The notes beneath the pieces were generated by a model. The model had not been told where the DNA came from. It was given only the letters and a program-made list of their open reading frames with translations, and ran no database searches. Below, one piece after another: positions 7,303 to 11,286 of a stretch of 11,286 bases of DNA. This DNA is from Bdellovibrionales bacterium. GTDB taxonomy: Bacteria > Bdellovibrionota > Bdellovibrionia > Bdellovibrionales > UBA1609. The position numbers and the translations under genes are program-made. Numbering within the stretch: position 1 is the first letter of the stretch; each line of letters starts with the position of its first letter. The DNA is taken from NCBI GenBank assembly GCA_050246815.1, contig JBFWVI010000074.1:1-11286 (forward strand), in the 5' to 3' direction.

Positions 7303-7752
7303 TTAGGCTCCTTCTTTATCATAGCAATAGCCGGTAATTTTGACGATTTCGCCGCTCACCACGGGGTATTTTGCGGATTCTCGAGTCGAGGCCAATCCAC
7401 TGATACGACCCTTGGGGCAACGCTCAAGAATTTGATCCACCAAATTGTCGGCAAACTTTTCGGTGAACACAGGGTTGCCCGTGCGTGGCCCCATCTGAAA
7501 CATCTCGATAATGGCGGTCGCACGCCCCACGTCTTGTTGGGTTTTTTGATGGCGCGTGGTGGCCTTTAGGATGCTGCCGGCCTCAGCCACGTTCACCCCG
7601 GTTTCCGAAAGTAAAATGACAAACTTTCGGCCCTTGCGAACCACATCTGAATCCACGTCGCCCAACTGCTGATGGTGCAAGAAAGCGCACCCCGAAAGCG
7701 CCAAGACGGCAGCCATCAACGCAAAAGGTTTCAAGCTTAAAGATTTAAGCAA
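7303..7752 (-). CDS. Hypothetical lipoprotein, first and longest paralog of the cassette
   Basis: TTG start preceded by GGGAGG. The signal peptide ends in the lipobox LSGC. It contains CPKGRISGLAS and a terminal GYC. Confidence 0.85.
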   Translation of the reverse strand: MLKSLSLKPFALMAAVLALSGCAFLHHQQLGDVDSDVVRKGRKFVILLSETGVNVAEAGSILKATTRHQKTQQDVGRATAIIEMFQMGPRTGNPVFTEKFADNLVDQILERCPKGRISGLASTRESAKYPVVSGEIVKITGYCYDKEGA

Positions 7753-7820
7753 AGTGCCTCCCTTAAATTTTCCAGAAGCCTAGGCTAAAACAAGATCGAA
7801 GCTCAGGGTAGCTGTTTCTT

Positions 7821-8792
7821 TTAGCGGGAGTGGCGTGCTGCAAGTGTGGCGGCATCGCGCCCGCCTAAAGAAGCGGCTATCTTTGCTTGATTCAACGAAA
7901 GACCTAGCAGGGCCATGCCACTTGCCAGGTGAATCACTGTTATCAGGGGTGGCGTGTAAAACAGCACATTGGCAATACCCACCAACATCTGCCACAACAC
8001 GATAATCACCATCCACATTGTGGCGCGACGAACTGGGGCCGGTACCGCTGCCGAACGCCAAGCCCACACCCCTAAGCCGATCACGCTCAATGCGGTTATG
8101 TAAGCGCCCAGACGATGCATCACATGCAGCCCTAACACGCCTTTGAGCGTGGGGATGAACTGCCCGTGGCAAAGTGGAAAATCCGTACAGACCAGGGCCG
8201 CATAGTGTGAGGCCACAAAACCACCCAAAGTGATTTGCCCCACAATCACCGCCAAGACGGCCCAACTGGTTTTAGCAAAAGCCGACAACTTTAAGGGCGC
8301 CGCAGTTGGATGCTTCAAGCTCAGATAAAGCCACAAATTGCTGGCGAAAAAAGCGCCTGCCAAAAGCAAATGCCCCACCACCACTTTTTCATGCAACAGC
8401 AATAGCACGGTCAGCCCACCCAAAATGATTTGCGCGGCCAACAACACCCAACTGCCAAACACCAGCCATTTCAAGCTGCGTCGCACATGTGGGGTTCGCA
8501 AAACCAAAATGCCCATGATCAGCGAAGCAATGCCCACCATCCCGGCCATGGCCCGATGGATAAACTCCAAATACACCTGTGGATGATAATCCGGGATCAC
8601 ATCGCCAAAGCAAAGCGGCCAGTCGGGGCACGCCAACCCTGCATTCATGGCGCGCACCCCACCACCCAACGCGATCAGCAACCAAATCTCAAAACAAAGC
8701 CAGCCATAGGCTTTCGCAAGTCGCGCGGTCGCCAGCACCGGGCTTTGGGGCTGCACAACAAAAGTGGCTCTGCCGATTACGATCTCACTCAT
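7821..8792 (-). CDS. ctaA: Heme A synthase (COX15/CtaA)
   Basis: Motifs GG.VR...AGLACPDWPLC, EFIHR, GH, CTDFPLC, HVMHR and IHL; about 8 TM helices; ATGA overlap with the cyoE stop. Confidence 0.93.
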   Translation of the reverse strand: MSEIVIGRATFVVQPQSPVLATARLAKAYGWLCFEIWLLIALGGGVRAMNAGLACPDWPLCFGDVIPDYHPQVYLEFIHRAMAGMVGIASLIMGILVLRTPHVRRSLKWLVFGSWVLLAAQIILGGLTVLLLLHEKVVVGHLLLAGAFFASNLWLYLSLKHPTAAPLKLSAFAKTSWAVLAVIVGQITLGGFVASHYAALVCTDFPLCHGQFIPTLKGVLGLHVMHRLGAYITALSVIGLGVWAWRSAAVPAPVRRATMWMVIIVLWQMLVGIANVLFYTPPLITVIHLASGMALLGLSLNQAKIAASLGGRDAATLAARHSR

Positions 8793-9682
8793 AAATTATA
8801 AGACATCCGAGTGAGCCAAACTGACAGCCAACTGTCCATCACCGGCGCCGCCAAAAATGCCAGCATGCTGACGTTGACCCACAAGAAAAACGGCAGCCAG
8901 CGCCCTTCGGCCCGAGCCTGGTGGTATCGAAAAAATTCAATCATCACTTTGATGGCGATCGGCACGATCAACAGCAGGTAAAAAACATGGGTGTTGAAAA
9001 ACCATGGCGCCGCAATCGCCAAACCCACATAGGCGAACATATAGAGACCCATGTGATAAAGGGTGCGATCCACACCAAGCTTCAGCGGCAACACTGGAAT
9101 TTTGGCGTTGGCATAATCCTCGCGATAACGGATTGCCAAGCACCAAAAGTGCGGCATCTGCCAAAGAAACATGATCATAAAAAGATAAAATACTTCGGGC
9201 GAAAGAATTTGCCCGCTCATGGCCGAATAGCCGATCACCACCGGCATCGCGCCGGGAATCGCGCCCGGAACAGCGCCAAAGCTCCAACGTTTTTTCCAGT
9301 AAAGTGTATAGAGGCCATTGTAAAGCACGACGGTGGCAAGCGCCAAAAGGGCACTTAAAGGTTGCACCAAACTCAGCAAGAACGAACCAAAACCGATCAT
9401 AAGGCCGCCCAGCAGGTAAGCCTGCCAAGGCTGGATTGTCCCGCGCGGAATGGGCCTTGTTTGGGTGCGTGGCATTCGTGCGTCCAACTGCCATTCTTGA
9501 GCTTGGTTCCAAGAAAAACTGCCCGAGCTCACCAAATAAAGGCCGCAGAGTAAAAGGGTCAGGGCGCTTGAATCCCACTCGTTGCCGGTGACCACGGCCA
9601 TGGCGTAACCCAAAAAAGCGGTCAACAACACAAACCAGACGATGCCAGATTTGGTCAGTTTAAAATAAGTGCGCACTTTCAC
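8789..9682 (-). CDS. cyoE: Protoheme IX farnesyltransferase (heme O synthase)
   Basis: Motifs LTKS.I, N...E..LD.RM.RT..RPIP.G, YT...K, GA.PGA.P..IG, FLWQMPHFW.LA..Y.EDY..A.IPVLP. Start is GTG 9682 or GTG 9676; the latter has GAGG upstream. Confidence 0.95.
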   Translation of the reverse strand: MKVRTYFKLTKSGIVWFVLLTAFLGYAMAVVTGNEWDSSALTLLLCGLYLVSSGSFSWNQAQEWQLDARMPRTQTRPIPRGTIQPWQAYLLGGLMIGFGSFLLSLVQPLSALLALATVVLYNGLYTLYWKKRWSFGAVPGAIPGAMPVVIGYSAMSGQILSPEVFYLFMIMFLWQMPHFWCLAIRYREDYANAKIPVLPLKLGVDRTLYHMGLYMFAYVGLAIAAPWFFNTHVFYLLLIVPIAIKVMIEFFRYHQARAEGRWLPFFLWVNVSMLAFLAAPVMDSWLSVWLTRMSYNL

Positions 9683-9691
9683 CTCAACTTA

Positions 9692-9713
9692 AGGGACAGA
9701 CGTTGCCGCCCCT
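9692..9713 (-). other. Intergenic RNA hairpin between subunit IV and cyoE
   Basis: The minus strand reads AGGGGCGG-caacgt-CTGTCCCT, an 8-bp stem with two G-U pairs that form only on the transcribed strand. There is no long U-tract. Confidence 0.4.
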
Positions 9714-9723
9714 GGTTTTGGCT

Positions 9724-10041
9724 TTAGCGTATATCCGATTCTAAGACGCGAGTCAGGATGTCCAGATGGCTGAAGCCAAACATGATGATTAAAAAAAACA
9801 CTCCAGTAAAAAACACGGTCGGAAACAATTTTTCGTCATACTTCAAGTGCATGAAATACAGCAACACCAAGGCCGCCTTAAACGAAGCGATCAGCATTGC
9901 GATGTAGGCATTCAACGCGCCAAAGTCCACGCGCGCCGCTGCCACCGTGATCACAGTGAAGACCAACAAGATCGCAAGGATCGTCGCATAGGTCTTAAAG
10001 GGGATGATATGATGTTCGTGATGAGCGTCTTTACCTGCCAT
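9724..10041 (-). CDS. ctaF: Cytochrome c oxidase subunit IV (prokaryotic COX4/CtaF-like)
   Basis: 105 aa with three TM helices and the IA..KA.LV.LYFMHLKYD motif; positioned directly after subunit III. Confidence 0.88.
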   Translation of the reverse strand: MAGKDAHHEHHIIPFKTYATILAILLVFTVITVAAARVDFGALNAYIAMLIASFKAALVLLYFMHLKYDEKLFPTVFFTGVFFLIIMFGFSHLDILTRVLESDIR

Positions 10042-10050
10042 ATTGTCCCC

Positions 10051-10722
10051 CTAACCCACCAAATAAAGCAGCGGGAAAAGATAAATCCAAATTAAGTCAA
10101 CCAAGTGCCAGAACAGTCCGACACACTCAAGCGGAGTGAAATATTTGGGACCGAAGTCACCGCGATGCGCGCGCACGATCAGCCAAACGATAAAGCCCAT
10201 ACCGGCCAAAACGTGCGAGCCGTGTAAACCCGTCATGCAGAAATAAAAGCTGAAATAAAGCGGCAGATTGGCCACCGTCACCGCGCCGAACTCTTCGCTG
10301 CCGGCATAGTGGAACAATTTGCCCGGCAACAGCCCCAAATGAATCTTATGGGTGTACTCAAAATACTTCACCACCATAAAGATACCGGCACAAATCAACG
10401 TGATGTACAGATTGATCAGCACCTTTTTCTTCTGGTTGATCTGGGCGTAATAGATGCTTAAGGCCATAGTGAACGAACTGATCAACAGCACGACCGTATT
10501 GAGCGCACCCATTTTCCAATCTAAGAATAGCGAGCCCGCCTTAAACAGTTCGGGGTACATATGGTGATAAATTGCATAGCCAACGAATAAACCGCCGAAC
10601 ATGACGATCTCGGTGCATAGAAACAGCCACAGACCGAACTTGCTGGTGTTGTACTCGTGTTCGGCATCATTGTAGTGATGCGCGACGTGATGGGATGAAT
10701 CCGAGTGACTAGCGGTACTCAT
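10051..10722 (-). CDS. ctaE: Cytochrome c oxidase subunit III
   Basis: Motifs [32 protein letters not shown] and [10 protein letters not shown]. It overlaps the subunit I stop by 14 nt. Confidence 0.95.
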   Translation of the reverse strand: MSTASHSDSSHHVAHHYNDAEHEYNTSKFGLWLFLCTEIVMFGGLFVGYAIYHHMYPELFKAGSLFLDWKMGALNTVVLLISSFTMALSIYYAQINQKKKVLINLYITLICAGIFMVVKYFEYTHKIHLGLLPGKLFHYAGSEEFGAVTVANLPLYFSFYFCMTGLHGSHVLAGMGFIVWLIVRAHRGDFGPKYFTPLECVGLFWHLVDLIWIYLFPLLYLVG

Positions 10723-11286
10723 AAGGACCTTCCGTAACCACAGGTTGTTGATAGAAATTTTCGTGCGGAGGCGGCGAAGCCGTTGTCCACTCTAAAGTCT
10801 TTGCACCCCAGGGGTTTTCACCCGCCTTTTCGCCTTTGAAAATCCCGTGCAGGATAACGAACAGACCGATTAAAAATCCAGTGCCAATTGTCCATGCGCC
10901 GACTGAGCTGATTTTGTTCAAATGCTCATAGGCGGGCAAATAATCAAAGTAGCGGCGGGGCATGCCCATCGCGCCTAAGATAAACTGTGGAAAGAAAGTC
11001 ACGTTAAAGCCGACGAAGATCAAAACAAAGGTGATCCGCGCCCAATATTCGTTGTACATACGGCCAAACATTTTCGGCAGCCAATAGTAGATGCCGCCCA
11101 TGATCGCCATTAGGGTCCCACCCACCATCACATAATGGAAGTGCGCGACCACAAAGTAGGTGTCGTGAAAATGCACATCCGTGGCCAAAACCGCCAAAAT
11201 GATACCGGTCACGCCACCGATCGTGAACAAGAACAAAAATCCCAAGGCATAAAGCATCGGCGAATCAAAGCTGATCGAACCGCGGT
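10709..11286 (-). CDS. ctaD: Cytochrome c oxidase subunit I, C-terminal part; 5' end lies outside the window
   Basis: The frame is open to the window edge ([16 protein letters not shown]...). Motifs [20 protein letters not shown] (heme a3 and heme a ligands), GMPRRY and NPW...TLEW...SPPP..NF. Confidence 0.97.
   Translation of the reverse strand, partial: RGSISFDSPMLYALGFLFLFTIGGVTGIILAVLATDVHFHDTYFVVAHFHYVMVGGTLMAIMGGIYYWLPKMFGRMYNEYWARITFVLIFVGFNVTFFPQFILGAMGMPRRYFDYLPAYEHLNKISSVGAWTIGTGFLIGLFVILHGIFKGEKAGENPWGAKTLEWTTASPPPHENFYQQPVVTEGPYEYR

Noticed and set aside
6985..7322. ORF-track starts at 7008 and 7322 for lipoprotein paralogs 3 and 2
   Set aside because: The downstream starts (6984 and 7301) give normal-length signal peptides and fit the ATGA coupling and the RBS.
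7780..8801. Alternative and antisense ORFs over ctaA (7780-8265, 8338-8586, 8389-8685, 8430-8801, 8579-8794)
   Set aside because: They overlap the clear heme A synthase frame and have no independent support.
8937..9578. 213-aa alternative-frame ORF within cyoE, plus antisense ORFs at 8921-9358 and 9362-9553
   Set aside because: They are fully nested in a well-conserved gene, with no motifs and Arg/Pro-skewed composition; these are shadow ORFs.
10010..10722. His-rich N-termini of oxidase subunits III and IV
   Set aside because: This is common in these subunits and is not evidence of a new metal-binding function.
1..11286. CRISPR arrays, tRNA/rRNA, IS, prophage or defence genes
   Set aside because: No repeat-spacer periodicity or transposase, integrase or nuclease motifs were seen, and the intergenic gaps are short.

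Overview
Gene-dense bacterial chromosome window of roughly 50% GC (by eye). The gene repertoire suggests a diderm Bdellovibrionota/Oligoflexia-like organism; this is inference. Left to right: the 3' end of a CE4 polysaccharide deacetylase and a GNAT acetyltransferase (+) converge on an MltA lytic transglycosylase (-). Next is an orphan Cys-containing lipoprotein (+) behind a near-consensus sigma-54 promoter. An outer-membrane beta-barrel porin and a fumarylacetoacetate hydrolase (-) are divergent from maiA and a small secreted protein (+). Three tightly coupled, paralogous small lipoproteins (-) share a CPxG...G[YW]C signature. The window ends with the distal part of an aa3/caa3-type cytochrome c oxidase operon (subunit I partial, III, IV, heme O synthase, heme A synthase) (-). 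The best candidate for an undescribed system is the three-lipoprotein cassette at 6670-7752. I saw no rRNA, tRNA, CRISPR array or mobile element.
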